NCBI GenBank assembly: GCA_036505555.1
Contig: DASXTH010000072.1
Span: 1-61,180, forward strand
Origin: Candidatus Limnocylindrales bacterium
Lineage (GTDB): Bacteria; Chloroflexota; Limnocylindria; Limnocylindrales; CSP1-4
DNA: 61,180 bases
Reading direction: 5' to 3'
Below are positions 1 to 11,919 of this stretch, piece by piece. The notes under the pieces are model-generated. The model was not told where the DNA came from and did not search any database. It saw nothing but the letters and a program-made list of their open reading frames with translations. Within the stretch, counting starts at the first letter, position 1. Each line of letters begins with the position of its first letter. A program made the position numbers and the translations under genes.

Positions 1-471
1 CGACTCGCCGCCGGCGACGAGCCTGCGGATCGCGAGCGGGCGCTGGCGGTGTACGCGGGCGACCTGCTCGAGAGCCTCGGCCATGAGTGCTTCGCCGCCG
101 ATCGGGAGCGGCTGTCGGACCAGTACGAGGACCTGCTGGCGATCGTCGCTCAGCATCGCCTCGATCGCGGCGACACCGCCGGCGCCCGGCAGGCTGCTAC
201 GGATCTCCTCATCCGCGATCCGCTCCGCGAGGAAGCCCATGGCGTGCTGATCGCGGCCTACGGCCGGACGGGCTCGCGCTCGCAGGTCGTCCGCCAGTAC
301 CGACGCGTCTGCGCGATCCTCAGCGCCGAGCTCGCCGTCGCGCCGCTGCCGGAGACCGAGGCGGCGTATCGGATGGCCCTGGCCGTCTCCGCGTCGCGCT
401 CGCGCGACCGGGCCGCGGAGGTCCGCTACGAGGTCGGTCCGTTCTCGCCCGTCCTCGTCACGAGCGCCTGA
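1..471 (+). CDS. 3' part of a SARP/AfsR-type regulator (BTAD domain); the 5' end lies outside the window
   Basis: Frame 1 is open from base 1, and listed ORF 49..471 is its tail. The helical-repeat sequence LIRDPLREEAHGVLIAAYGRTGSRSQVVRQYRRVCAILSAELAVAPLPETEAAY fits the bacterial transcriptional activator domain pattern. GC3 is high. Confidence 0.6.
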   Translation, partial: RLAAGDEPADRERALAVYAGDLLESLGHECFAADRERLSDQYEDLLAIVAQHRLDRGDTAGARQAATDLLIRDPLREEAHGVLIAAYGRTGSRSQVVRQYRRVCAILSAELAVAPLPETEAAYRMALAVSASRSRDRAAEVRYEVGPFSPVLVTSA

Positions 472-557
472 GCCACAGCCGTCCGCCGCGACCACCACCG
501 AACTGACGGTCGCCGAACCGCCGGATCTCCGTCTCCTCCGGAGCCGGCCGCGAATCG

Positions 558-588
558 AAACGGCCCCGGCAGGATGCCGGGGCCGTTT
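558..588. terminator. GC-rich hairpin between convergent genes (putative bidirectional terminator)
   Basis: AAACGGCCCCGGC (558-570) pairs perfectly with GCCGGGGCCGTTT (576-588) across a 5-nt loop. Flanking A and T runs are present. It sits between the + gene ending at 471 and the - gene ending at 609. Confidence 0.55.
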
Positions 589-608
589 CGTGCGATGGAC
601 GGATCGGG

Positions 609-2858
609 TCAGGGCGCGACCTGCACCCAGTAGGCCACCTGGTACTCGTCACCGCCACCCGACAGCTGGATCCAGCCCTGGGCTACCGTGCCGTTGGCGA
701 GGCCGGCGTTGACGGTGATCGTCAGCGTGGCGCTGCCGTTGGCCGGAACCGTGATCGACGACGGGGTCGTGATCCGGCTGTCCGCGCCACCGATCGCCCC
801 GCCGTTGTACGCGGTGAGGGCGCCGCCGGCCGGGGTGAATTTCAGCTCGCTGATCGCGAACGTCCGGTCCGCCCCGGTCAGGTTCGTGACCCGGACCGCG
901 AGCGAGGTCGCGCTGACCTTGCTTGCGCTGATCCGGCCGAAGCTCGCGCTCGTCGGCCAGAACGTCACGTCGGTCGCGCTCGCCTCGGTGAGGTCTTCGC
1001 GGCCGGCGCCCTGCGCCTGCGGCCCGACGGTCGTCGACGCATCGAACGCGTTGCGGACCACGAGGTCCGAGGTGTTGACCAGGGCCGACTTGACCTGCGC
1101 CGGCGTCCACGTCGGATGCAACCCGCGAAGGACCGCGGCCGAACCGGTGACGTGCGGTGACGACATCGACGTCCCGTTGTAGAACGCCCAGTCGCCGTCG
1201 TTGCCGCACGCGCCGTCGGTGTCGCACGCCTCGGAGCTGAGGACGTTGACGCCGACCGAGGTCAGGTCGGGCTTGATCGCGTAGTTGACGTTCGTCGGGC
1301 CCTGGCTGCTGAAGCCGGCGAGGATGTCGCCGTTCGTCGTGAGGAACTCCGAGAACGAAGCCGCCACGTTGACCGAGGTCGCGCCCGCGGTGCGGAGTGC
1401 GGCGCCGTCGGTGTTCGAGATCATCACGGCCGGGATGTCGTCGTCGAAGCCTTCCGTCGTCGCCATCGCGGTCGGATCGCCCGCGACGTTGTTGATGACG
1501 ATCACGCCGGCCGCACCGGCGGCCTTCGCGTTCGCGACCTTCTGGCTGAACGTGCAGGCTCCACGGTTGATCAGCGCGACCTTGCCGCTTGCGCCCGCGG
1601 CCACCGACGCGCAGCCGTTGTTGCCGGTGTCGAAGAGGTTGAAGCTCCCAGCCGGCATCGAGTCGAAGTCGCCGACGGCGGCACGGGCGGACCCGCCCGT
1701 GTACGTCAGCGGCTGGCCGACGAAGTGGACGTTCGAGCTGGCGCCGACGGTGATGATGTCGCGGGCGCGGCCCGGCGATCCGATCGTGAAGGGCCCGGGG
1801 CCCTCGTTGCCGGCTGACGTCACGACGACGACACCCGCGGCGACCGCGGTATCGAGGCCCTTCGCGAGCAGGTCGTTGTTGCCGTGGTAGGCGCCGCCGA
1901 GCGACAGGTTCAGGACGTCCATCCCGTCGATCACGGCGGACTCGACCGCGTTGAGGATGTCCTCGCTGCGGGCGCTCTCGACCGTGCCCGGGAAGACGTT
2001 GTAGTTGGCGAGCCAGGCGCCGGGCGCGATGCCCGACATGTCGTCGATGGCGACGCCCTCGACGATCGCGGTCTTACCGGTCACGCCTGCGACGGTGCCC
2101 GCGACGTGCGTCCCGTGGCTGCCGACGTCCGCCACGGGCAGCGCGTCGTAGTCGGTCTGGTTGTTCTTGTTGTAGAAGACCTTCGCGACGATGACCTTCG
2201 GGCTGACGTTGGCGCACGCGCCGCCGGCCGTGTCAGCCGCGTCGCATTTCGGGAAGCCCGCCGGATAGCTGAAGCCGGCCGGGTCGAAGAACGGGTGGCG
2301 GTAGTCGACGCCCGAGTCGATGATCCCGACCTTGACGCCGCGACCCGCGTCGGCGCGGCCACCGGCGGCGGCCCAAGCACCGGCCGCGTTGATCAGCTTG
2401 TAGCTCTCGCTCATGTCGGGGCGGTAGAGGACGTTGTACTCGACCGCGACGACATCCGCGTTGTTGCGGAGCTTGCCGATCGCGGCACCGTTCAGCTTCA
2501 CCGCGACGGCGTTGAGCGTGACGAAGTACTGGGACGTGATTTTCGCGCTCGGGACGTTCGTCTGGAGCCACTTGGCGAAGGCGGAGTGCTCGGCCTTCAG
2601 GTAGCCGACGTACTTCTTCGCGGCCGCGCTGTTCGGGTTGAGCTTGCCGTTCGACGTACGGGTCTTCGCGTAGCCGGCGAGATGGCCGTCGTAGGTGGCG
2701 ACCGGCTGCTGCTTCAGCAGGACGACCGCCGAGGTCTTGTCGAAGACCGCCGATGACGCCGTCGCGTCACGGCTGGCCGGCGGCCCGGCGGCCACGGCAC
2801 CGGTCGCGGACAACGCAAGGGCAAGCGTCGCCGCGAGCGCGGCAAAGCGTCGATGCAT
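609..2858 (-). CDS. Secreted subtilisin-like serine protease (S8) with propeptide, inserted PA domain and C-terminal Ig/Fn3-like domain
   Basis: Internal ATG of ORF 609..3155 at residue 100, preceded by GGAGG. Signal peptide MHRRFAALAATLALALSATGAVAA. Catalytic motifs are GIIDSGVDYRHP (Asp), GSHGTHVAGTVAG (His) and NGTSMSSPHVTGSAAVL (Ser). Confidence 0.9.
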   Translation of the reverse strand: MHRRFAALAATLALALSATGAVAAGPPASRDATASSAVFDKTSAVVLLKQQPVATYDGHLAGYAKTRTSNGKLNPNSAAAKKYVGYLKAEHSAFAKWLQTNVPSAKITSQYFVTLNAVAVKLNGAAIGKLRNNADVVAVEYNVLYRPDMSESYKLINAAGAWAAAGGRADAGRGVKVGIIDSGVDYRHPFFDPAGFSYPAGFPKCDAADTAGGACANVSPKVIVAKVFYNKNNQTDYDALPVADVGSHGTHVAGTVAGVTGKTAIVEGVAIDDMSGIAPGAWLANYNVFPGTVESARSEDILNAVESAVIDGMDVLNLSLGGAYHGNNDLLAKGLDTAVAAGVVVVTSAGNEGPGPFTIGSPGRARDIITVGASSNVHFVGQPLTYTGGSARAAVGDFDSMPAGSFNLFDTGNNGCASVAAGASGKVALINRGACTFSQKVANAKAAGAAGVIVINNVAGDPTAMATTEGFDDDIPAVMISNTDGAALRTAGATSVNVAASFSEFLTTNGDILAGFSSQGPTNVNYAIKPDLTSVGVNVLSSEACDTDGACGNDGDWAFYNGTSMSSPHVTGSAAVLRGLHPTWTPAQVKSALVNTSDLVVRNAFDASTTVGPQAQGAGREDLTEASATDVTFWPTSASFGRISASKVSATSLAVRVTNLTGADRTFAISELKFTPAGGALTAYNGGAIGGADSRITTPSSITVPANGSATLTITVNAGLANGTVAQGWIQLSGGGDEYQVAYWVQVAP

Positions 2859-3082
2859 GGATGCCTCCAAAACGGATATGGAATCCACCGCGGCCGTCTC
2901 CCGAACGACCGTCCCCCGGAGTCCGGTAAGGGTACCAACGATCCCCGCCGATGGTCCTGGGCGGCGCTGCAAACCGGTGCCCGCGGTCACCGGATGGCAG
3001 CGATCCAGACCACCATCTGGCCCGGCGCGGAAGCGCCCCGCCGGCGGGGCCGGCGGGGCGCTCCACGAGTGGTCGGAGGAAG

Positions 3083-6000
3083 CTACGGAGCGGTCACCTC
3101 GAGCGTGATCGCCTCGTGGTCCTGGTTCGATCCCGCGGTGCCGAGGAGGCTCCAATCGGTGAGCAGCAGGAGGCCGCTCTCCGAGGTGTCCTCGGTCCCG
3201 TTGTCGGTGGCCGCGACCGTGTCAACCGCGCCGGCGGCGATCGACGTCGCGAACGGCCACGGCGAAGCGCCAAACCCTGTTGTGTAGCGGTCGTCGCCCG
3301 GAACGATCGTGAGCCCTCCGACGGCGTCCGAGACCAGCCCGCTGTTGTACCAGTCGACCGCGAACACCGAGACGCCCATCGGCTGCCCGACCTCGTCAGC
3401 GGTGTCGATCCCGATCTGCTCACCGCAGATCGTGAGCGTCGTATTGCCGCTATTCGTGCTGTGCCCGGTGAAGAAGAACGCGGCGGCGTCACCGGTCGCG
3501 AGATCGATGGCGTAGGTCACGTTTCGTCCATCGCCCACGGTGAAGAGGCCGCTGAGATCGAGGTTGATCACGGCGAAGTCGGCGTTCCCGTCACCGGTGG
3601 TATCGAGGTCGAACTCGAATGTGGCCGGCGCCACCGAGTGGACCTGGCGGTCCCACGTGTTGACGGCGAACTGCAGCGCGAGCGGCGAGTCGCAGCCGAG
3701 GACCGCGCCGACGACCGAGCGGAAGCCGACGTAGTGGAGGTCGACATCGGCGATGTTGTCGCCGAGCCCGGTCGCCGGGTCGTCGGGGCTCGTCGCGATG
3801 AGCGAGAAGCTCCCGACCTGGGCCACACCCACGCCGCTGTTCGTCAGCGTGGTCGAGGCGCCGGACGCGACCGTCGACGCGGCCGCGTCCACGTTGCCCG
3901 CCTTCCGGGGCAGCGTCTGCCACGGGAGGTGGAGCGGACCGGCGTCATCCGCAGTCGTGCTCGTGTCGTTGAGCCAGAGGTAGCCGTCGTACTCGAGCGT
4001 CTGGAGGACGCTCCCGCTGGCTCCGGTCGAGCCCGAGTTCAGCGTCCACGCCCGGAGGGCGGCGCCGCTGATCGTGGCCGTCACGTCGAACGCCGCCTCG
4101 CTGTGGGCAGCGATCGTGACGCTCGCAGGAGCGCCCACCGACACCGCGCCGTTCGTCGCGTCGTTTGCGAACCGGAACGTCGAGGTGATCGCGTACGTCA
4201 CGGCCGAGCCGGAGTAGTTCTTCACCCGGATCGTCTTCGTCGACGATGCGGAGGACCCGCTGACGTCGTGGAAGCCGAACGACACCGCGGCCGATTCCGT
4301 CCCGTCGACCCAGGCGGCCGCCGGCGAGCCGAGGGCCCGGTCGACCCTGACCTCGCCGCCACCGATCCGGGTGATCGGGGCCTTGTCGCCACCGAACACC
4401 GCCGGTCGGTTCATGATGTCGGTCTCGGCCGTGTTGATGAGCACGGCCTTGATCTCGAGCGGCCCGCGCGTCGGGTAGGCGTCGCGCAGGAGCGCCGCGG
4501 AGCCCGTGACCATCGGCGCCGCGCCGGAGGTGCCGCCAAACGGCGACGTCCCGGTTCCGGTGCCGACCTCGGCCGACACCGACGCGCCGGGCGCGCCGAT
4601 CTCCGGCTTGATCAGGTTGTTCAGGTTGTCCGGGCCACGCGACGACGAGCCGACCATGTGGCCGACGAGCGGGATCCCGTTCGTCGGGTCAAAGGTCGCC
4701 CGGGCGGCGGCGTTCTTCATGAGGGTTGCGGTCGACTGGCTGACCATATAGCCGGGGATCGCGTGGCAGGCGTCGCTCGGGCACAGACCGAGCGTGCCGT
4801 CGAACGGGTCGTCGGTGGTGACCAGGCCGATGAGCCCGATCTTGCCGCCGGCCAGGGCGATGTTCGCGATCTTGGCGCTGAAGTTGCAGGTGCCGCGATC
4901 GACGAGGACGACCTTGCCCGTCAGGGACCCGGCGGCGAACGGATCGCAGCCGAGCTTGTTGCCGCCGGCGCCGTCGCCGAACTGGATCGGGACACCGGTG
5001 AGGGTGAAGTCGAGCGGATGCGACCAGGACTGGAAGACGGCCTCGCGCGGGGCGGCCGCGCCGGTCGTGGAAACGAAGATCGCAAAACCGGTCGAGGACG
5101 GCGTCGCGGTCTGGGCGACCGACAGCGCGCCCGGCGCGGAGGCCGGCGTACCGGCCTTGTACGGCTTGTCGCCGCCGTTGCCGGCCGACGCCACGACGAG
5201 GGTCCCGGCCGCTGTGGCCGTTTCGACGGCCTGCGACAGGTCGTCGTCGCCGGACTGCCCGTAGTCGGACCCGAGCGACATGTTCAAGACGTCGACGCGG
5301 TCGCTGACGCTGCCGTCGCCGTTCGGGTCGAGGGCGAAGTCCATGCCCTCGATCAGCGCGACACCGCTGCACGACGTCGTGACGGACGAGCAGACCTTGA
5401 CGGCGTAGAGCTTCGCGCCGGGTGCGACCCCGATCGCCCCGCCGATGATGTCGGCGACGTGCGTGCCGTGGCCGCCACCGCAGCCGATGAACGACGGGCT
5501 GCAATCGATCGGGTCGGGATCGCGAGCGAGCGGCGGGCTGCCGGCGGCGCCGGTCCACGCCTCGCCGACGAAGTCGTAGCCGCCGACGACCTTGGCCGTC
5601 GGGAAGAGCTTCTTGCCTTTGTACGACTCGGTGATGATCGTGTTCTTCGTGTCCTTGGTCTTCACGCCATAGGCGTTCTTGTAGCCGGTGATGTCCCCGG
5701 GCCCGCCGAACGCGGCGTGCGTGTAGTCGACCCCGGTGTCGAGGATGGCGACGCGGATCCCGGTGCCGTCGAAGCCCGCGGCATGGACCGCGGTCCCGCC
5801 GATGTACGGGACGGTCTCGGACAGGTCCAGCTGGTAGTTGCGGACCGGGTTGATCGCGAGGACGCGCTGGTCCGCGGCCAGCTTGGCGAGCTGCGTCCGA
5901 TCGACCGTGACGATGATCGCGTTGATCGCGCGCTGGGCGGATGCGTCGAGCGTCGCCTTCGCGTCGAGCTGCTTGATCCGGGCGACGACAGCGGCCTGCT

Positions 6001-6277
6001 GAACCTTGACCGCGGCAAACTGGCGCTTCTGCGCTGCGCCGCTCTGGGCAGCAACCCGCCCGACGGGCTTGGCCGAGAGGCGGACGACGACCTGGATCCG
6101 CCCGGTCCGGGCGACGAGCGACTGGTCGAGCTTGGCGAGGACAGCCTTGTCGGTGACCCGAATCGGCGTCGAGAGCCGATTGTCCTTGAGTGGGTCCGCC
6201 GCGATCGTCGCCGACGGCAGGGCGCCGCCGAGCAGCAACGCCGTCGCACCGACGGCGGTGAGCAGCCTCCGATTCAT
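3083..6277 (-). CDS. Secreted subtilisin-like serine protease (S8) with PA domain and long C-terminal beta-rich extension
   Basis: Internal ATG of ORF 3083..6514 at residue 80, preceded by GGGAGG. Signal peptide MNRRLLTAVGATALLLGGALPSATIAA. Catalytic motifs are VAILDTGVDYTHAAF (Asp), GGHGTHVADIIGG (His) and GGTSGAAPMVTGSAALL (Ser). Confidence 0.9.
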   Translation of the reverse strand: MNRRLLTAVGATALLLGGALPSATIAADPLKDNRLSTPIRVTDKAVLAKLDQSLVARTGRIQVVVRLSAKPVGRVAAQSGAAQKRQFAAVKVQQAAVVARIKQLDAKATLDASAQRAINAIIVTVDRTQLAKLAADQRVLAINPVRNYQLDLSETVPYIGGTAVHAAGFDGTGIRVAILDTGVDYTHAAFGGPGDITGYKNAYGVKTKDTKNTIITESYKGKKLFPTAKVVGGYDFVGEAWTGAAGSPPLARDPDPIDCSPSFIGCGGGHGTHVADIIGGAIGVAPGAKLYAVKVCSSVTTSCSGVALIEGMDFALDPNGDGSVSDRVDVLNMSLGSDYGQSGDDDLSQAVETATAAGTLVVASAGNGGDKPYKAGTPASAPGALSVAQTATPSSTGFAIFVSTTGAAAPREAVFQSWSHPLDFTLTGVPIQFGDGAGGNKLGCDPFAAGSLTGKVVLVDRGTCNFSAKIANIALAGGKIGLIGLVTTDDPFDGTLGLCPSDACHAIPGYMVSQSTATLMKNAAARATFDPTNGIPLVGHMVGSSSRGPDNLNNLIKPEIGAPGASVSAEVGTGTGTSPFGGTSGAAPMVTGSAALLRDAYPTRGPLEIKAVLINTAETDIMNRPAVFGGDKAPITRIGGGEVRVDRALGSPAAAWVDGTESAAVSFGFHDVSGSSASSTKTIRVKNYSGSAVTYAITSTFRFANDATNGAVSVGAPASVTIAAHSEAAFDVTATISGAALRAWTLNSGSTGASGSVLQTLEYDGYLWLNDTSTTADDAGPLHLPWQTLPRKAGNVDAAASTVASGASTTLTNSGVGVAQVGSFSLIATSPDDPATGLGDNIADVDLHYVGFRSVVGAVLGCDSPLALQFAVNTWDRQVHSVAPATFEFDLDTTGDGNADFAVINLDLSGLFTVGDGRNVTYAIDLATGDAAAFFFTGHSTNSGNTTLTICGEQIGIDTADEVGQPMGVSVFAVDWYNSGLVSDAVGGLTIVPGDDRYTTGFGASPWPFATSIAAGAVDTVAATDNGTEDTSESGLLLLTDWSLLGTAGSNQDHEAITLEVTAP

Positions 6278-6537
6278 GAGCCTCCCTTCAGGCAATGCCT
6301 GAACTCCTCCACGCACGGATCGAGTGGACAGCATGCCCAAGCGGCTCCCGACCGCGGGTCTGGGCGGTGTCCGAAACCCCGTGATGACACCGATGCCGGC
6401 CCTCCCGGGGCCGGCGCGTCCGTTGGTGGACGATACGGCGGTCGTTTGCGCGTGGTCAATCGAGGGTGGTCGGGTGGGTTCATCTGACAGATGTTTGGCG
6501 GTGCGGCAACGCAACGGGGCCGCGGCGCCCCGGACAT

Positions 6538-6569
6538 GACGAAGCCCGGTCTCGCGACCGGGCTTCGTC
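6538..6569 (-). terminator. Perfect 14-bp stem hairpin downstream of the S1 protease gene
   Basis: GACGAAGCCCGGTC (6538-6551) pairs with GACCGGGCTTCGTC (6556-6569) across a 4-nt loop. It lies 20 nt past the stop at 6590 on the minus strand. There is no U-tract, as is common in high-GC genomes. Confidence 0.6.
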
Positions 6570-6589
6570 GTCCACTCGGATGGGGTCGG

Positions 6590-7531
6590 TCAGTTGACCG
6601 TGATCTCGCTCCAGAGCTGATCGCCCACGACCTCGTGGATCCAGTCGAGGACTGCGCCGCGGTCCGTCCGGTAGTAGTAACCGACGCCGCGGCAGCCGGC
6701 ATTGAGGATTCCCCACGAGGACACCGCAACGACCTGGTTGCTCGTCGCCGGCCAGAAGACCGGACCGCCCGAGTCACCGTTGCATGTCCCGCCCCGGTCG
6801 TTGCCATTGCCTTCGGCGACGAGCGTGTAGCCGCCGCTGTTCGCGCTGGAGAGATTGGTGAAGATCAGGTCCGCCTGGAGGCGAACACGGAATGACACGG
6901 TGTTGTTCTGGCCGACTCCTGGGCCACCACCGGGCGGGGTGATCTGGCGGTAGCTCAGGCCGTAACCCGAGACGCGCATCGTCACGTCCTGCGTGCCGCG
7001 GGCCGTCGCGAGCTGGTCGATGGTGTTCGCACCGGCGAGCTCGGCGTACTCGGGCTCGGCGATCGCCTGGTCGAAGATGACGATCCCGATGTCGTGGATG
7101 TCCGGGAAGCCGGCGAAGTTGTCGAACCCGTAGTTGAAGAGCGTGCTCGTCTCGGCGCACCAGACGCCGAGACCGTTGCCGAGCGTCCCGCTGCAGGACG
7201 TCGGGTAGCCGGTTCGCGGGTCGTTGACCGGACCGAGCTGCGATCCCACATCCTGGAGGAACCAGGCGCGGGCATGGGCGGCGAGGGTCCCGGCCGGGGT
7301 GGCGGGCAGGCCGTCGTCGGTGCAATGGCCGGCCATCAAGGCGACGGTCGGCGAGAGAAGCTCCGCCGTGCAGCGATGCAGGAACACCCAGTTCGCGTCG
7401 TAGAAGGCGATCAGCCCCACGAACAGATGCTCGTCGTCCGGCCGATAGTTCTTGGTGATCGCGGCCGCGGGCGCGGCAGCGGTGAGCACCAGCCCGAAGG
7501 CGGCCGCGAGTGCGAGAAAACCTCGGCGCAT
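6590..7531 (-). CDS. Secreted trypsin-like serine protease (S1)
   Basis: Internal ATG at residue 14 of ORF 6590..7570. Signal peptide MRRGFLALAAAFGLVLTAAAPAAA. His motif MAGHCTDDG, Asp in HDIGIVIFD, Ser motif CNGDSGGPVF. Confidence 0.85.
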   Translation of the reverse strand: MRRGFLALAAAFGLVLTAAAPAAAITKNYRPDDEHLFVGLIAFYDANWVFLHRCTAELLSPTVALMAGHCTDDGLPATPAGTLAAHARAWFLQDVGSQLGPVNDPRTGYPTSCSGTLGNGLGVWCAETSTLFNYGFDNFAGFPDIHDIGIVIFDQAIAEPEYAELAGANTIDQLATARGTQDVTMRVSGYGLSYRQITPPGGGPGVGQNNTVSFRVRLQADLIFTNLSSANSGGYTLVAEGNGNDRGGTCNGDSGGPVFWPATSNQVVAVSSWGILNAGCRGVGYYYRTDRGAVLDWIHEVVGDQLWSEITVN

Positions 7532-7705
7532 ATGCAGATCTCCCGTCGTGACGACGGGACCGCGCCGCATCTCGCGATCCGAGCCGTTTCCTCCACGAGC
7601 GCCGCATCTCGCCCGGTCTCAACCGCGTCAGGGTAACGCGGCCGGCGGCCGACGTGCCAGACGCGACCGCGACCCGCCGGTGCGCGCCGGCACCGTCCGG
7701 GCGAG

Positions 7706-8677
<972 letters not shown>

Positions 8678-8710
8678 TCATTCTAGGACGCGGGTGGGCT
8701 CGGGCCGGCG

Positions 8711-8757
8711 CCCGTCCACCCCGGGCTCGATCCCGTCCACCCGGGCTCGATCCCGCC
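8711..8757. repeat. Imperfect tandem duplication (21 nt + 20 nt + partial third unit) in the mdh upstream region
   Basis: CCCGTCCACCCCGGGCTCGAT (8711-8731) is followed by CCCGTCCACCCGGGCTCGAT (8732-8751) and then CCCGCC. The repeat is intergenic, about 80-125 nt upstream of the mdh start. Confidence 0.7.
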
Positions 8758-8945
8758 GTACCGCCTTCTACCAACGGGGGTGGTACGCGGTGCCTCCCGA
8801 TGCCCCGTTTCGCGCCGTTCACCAATCGGGGTAGTGGATGGCGCCAAAATCGGTCGGAATCGACCCCGATTCGGTCGGTCCCGGCCGGGTCCGGCTGCCA
8901 CATACCACCGCGGTTGCTATCTGGCGCCTCGCCGCGGGCCGAGCG

Positions 8946-10598
<1,653 letters not shown>

Positions 10599-10771
10599 CG
10601 GCTCGGACTCCTGCGCGCGGGCGATCGCTCCCGATCGACCGGCCGCGCGTAGCTCGCGGGCCCTCGGCGCCGATGGCGCCTTGACGAGCGAGGAAGTCGG
10701 CTTCCGCAGTCGCTGTTGGCCGGCATCGTACCGCAACCCGACCGCAACTTGTCCGCAACCCGATCGTCCTG

Positions 10772-11866
10772 CTACGTGTCAGCCGAGTGGAAGCTCTCGA
10801 TCGACAGATTCCGTCGGGCGGTCGCGATCCGGATGATCGTGCCGGCTCCCCAGTCCCCGACGAGGAGCGCGCGGGAACCGTCGACGGTCACCGCCACGGG
10901 ACTCGTGAAGCCACTGAGAAACGGCTCGGCGGATACGGTCGTCGCCGCGTCGCGCGAGGCGCGCAGGACGCCGCCCTTCGCCCACTCTGCGACGACCGCG
11001 GCAGTGCCGACCGACGCGCCGAACTGACCCGTGACGATCGCCACGCCGCTGGCGGCGGCGTGGGTGTCGAGCATCGCGAGGGGCGTTGGGACGGTGGAAC
11101 AGGCGCCGGCGCCGGGGCCGGTGCAGGCCGGAAAGCCCCAGTCCTGACCCTCGACGACGACGCCCAGGATGTCGCCCGGCGTTGCGTCGCCGAGGTCGTC
11201 GCGCTGGTTCATGGAGACGACGAGACGGGTGGTGCCCGGGACGAACGCGAGACCGATCGGAGCGCGGATCCCGCTCGCGACGACCCTCTGATCGGTTCCG
11301 TCAACGCGGAACGACACCACCGAGCCGGACTCGGCGAGCGTCGTTCCACAGGCATTGCACGGTGCCGAGATCCCCACGTACAGCCGCCCGTCGGGGCCGA
11401 GAGCTAGGCCGTTGACCTCGCCGACCCCGGCCGGGAACGTCACGATCGTCGCCACCGACGCGAACGCCGCGCCATCGAACCCGCGGTAGACGGTCACCCG
11501 TTCCTTTGAGGCGACGTACAAGGCATCGTCGATCCAGAGCAGGCCGAGGACGGTATGGAGGCCGCGGACGACCGTCCTCGGCACGGAGCCTGCGGTCGCC
11601 ACGACCGAGATCGTGTCGGTCCCGGCGTCATCGAAGGCGGCGGTCCCGGCCCAGATCCGCCCTTCGTCGTCGACCGCGAGCGCGGCCACGTTCGGGAGGC
11701 CCGCTGCGACGACGGTCGCCGCCAGGCCGGCGGGACCCTGGATCCCGGCCCCGATGTCGACGAGCGCGTCCGTGGCGGCAGCGGAGCGTGCGGCTGACGG
11801 GGTCGCGCTCGACGGCGCGGCGCAGCCGACCAGAACGAGGCCGAGCAGGACCGCGACGAGACGCAT
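10772..11866 (-). CDS. Lipoprotein, beta-propeller of the soluble glucose/sorbosone dehydrogenase (GSDH)-like type
   Basis: Internal ATG of ORF 10772..12712. Lipobox signal MRLVAVLLGLVLVGC. Motifs GPDGRLYVGISAP and EGQDWGFPAC resemble the GSDH propeller pattern (DG.LYv, G.NyGWP). The family call is from memory only. Confidence 0.6.
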   Translation of the reverse strand: MRLVAVLLGLVLVGCAAPSSATPSAARSAAATDALVDIGAGIQGPAGLAATVVAAGLPNVAALAVDDEGRIWAGTAAFDDAGTDTISVVATAGSVPRTVVRGLHTVLGLLWIDDALYVASKERVTVYRGFDGAAFASVATIVTFPAGVGEVNGLALGPDGRLYVGISAPCNACGTTLAESGSVVSFRVDGTDQRVVASGIRAPIGLAFVPGTTRLVVSMNQRDDLGDATPGDILGVVVEGQDWGFPACTGPGAGACSTVPTPLAMLDTHAAASGVAIVTGQFGASVGTAAVVAEWAKGGVLRASRDAATTVSAEPFLSGFTSPVAVTVDGSRALLVGDWGAGTIIRIATARRNLSIESFHSADT

Positions 11867-11919
11867 GCCCGGAGCGTGCCGGGCGAGACCTGTCCGTTCG
11901 GTGACGACGCCCAGCCGGA

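Noticed and set aside
2951-6487. Very long + strand ORF (1178 aa) opposite the second subtilase gene. Similar giant antisense ORFs lie at 15859..19029, 19335..21056, 21713..23926, 23683..25707, 39036..41030 and 44255..45913.
   Set aside because: Their composition is Arg/Gly/Asp/Pro-rich with no motifs, and stop codons are simply rare in the antisense frame of 70% GC coding DNA. The opposite strand carries genes with clear catalytic or structural signatures.
8711-8757. Possible tRNA 3' fragment or att site, because GGGCTCGATCCCG resembles a T-arm.
   Set aside because: Only a 4-bp stem with a 6-nt loop can form. There is no acceptor stem, no anticodon arm and no CCA context, and no integrase is nearby.
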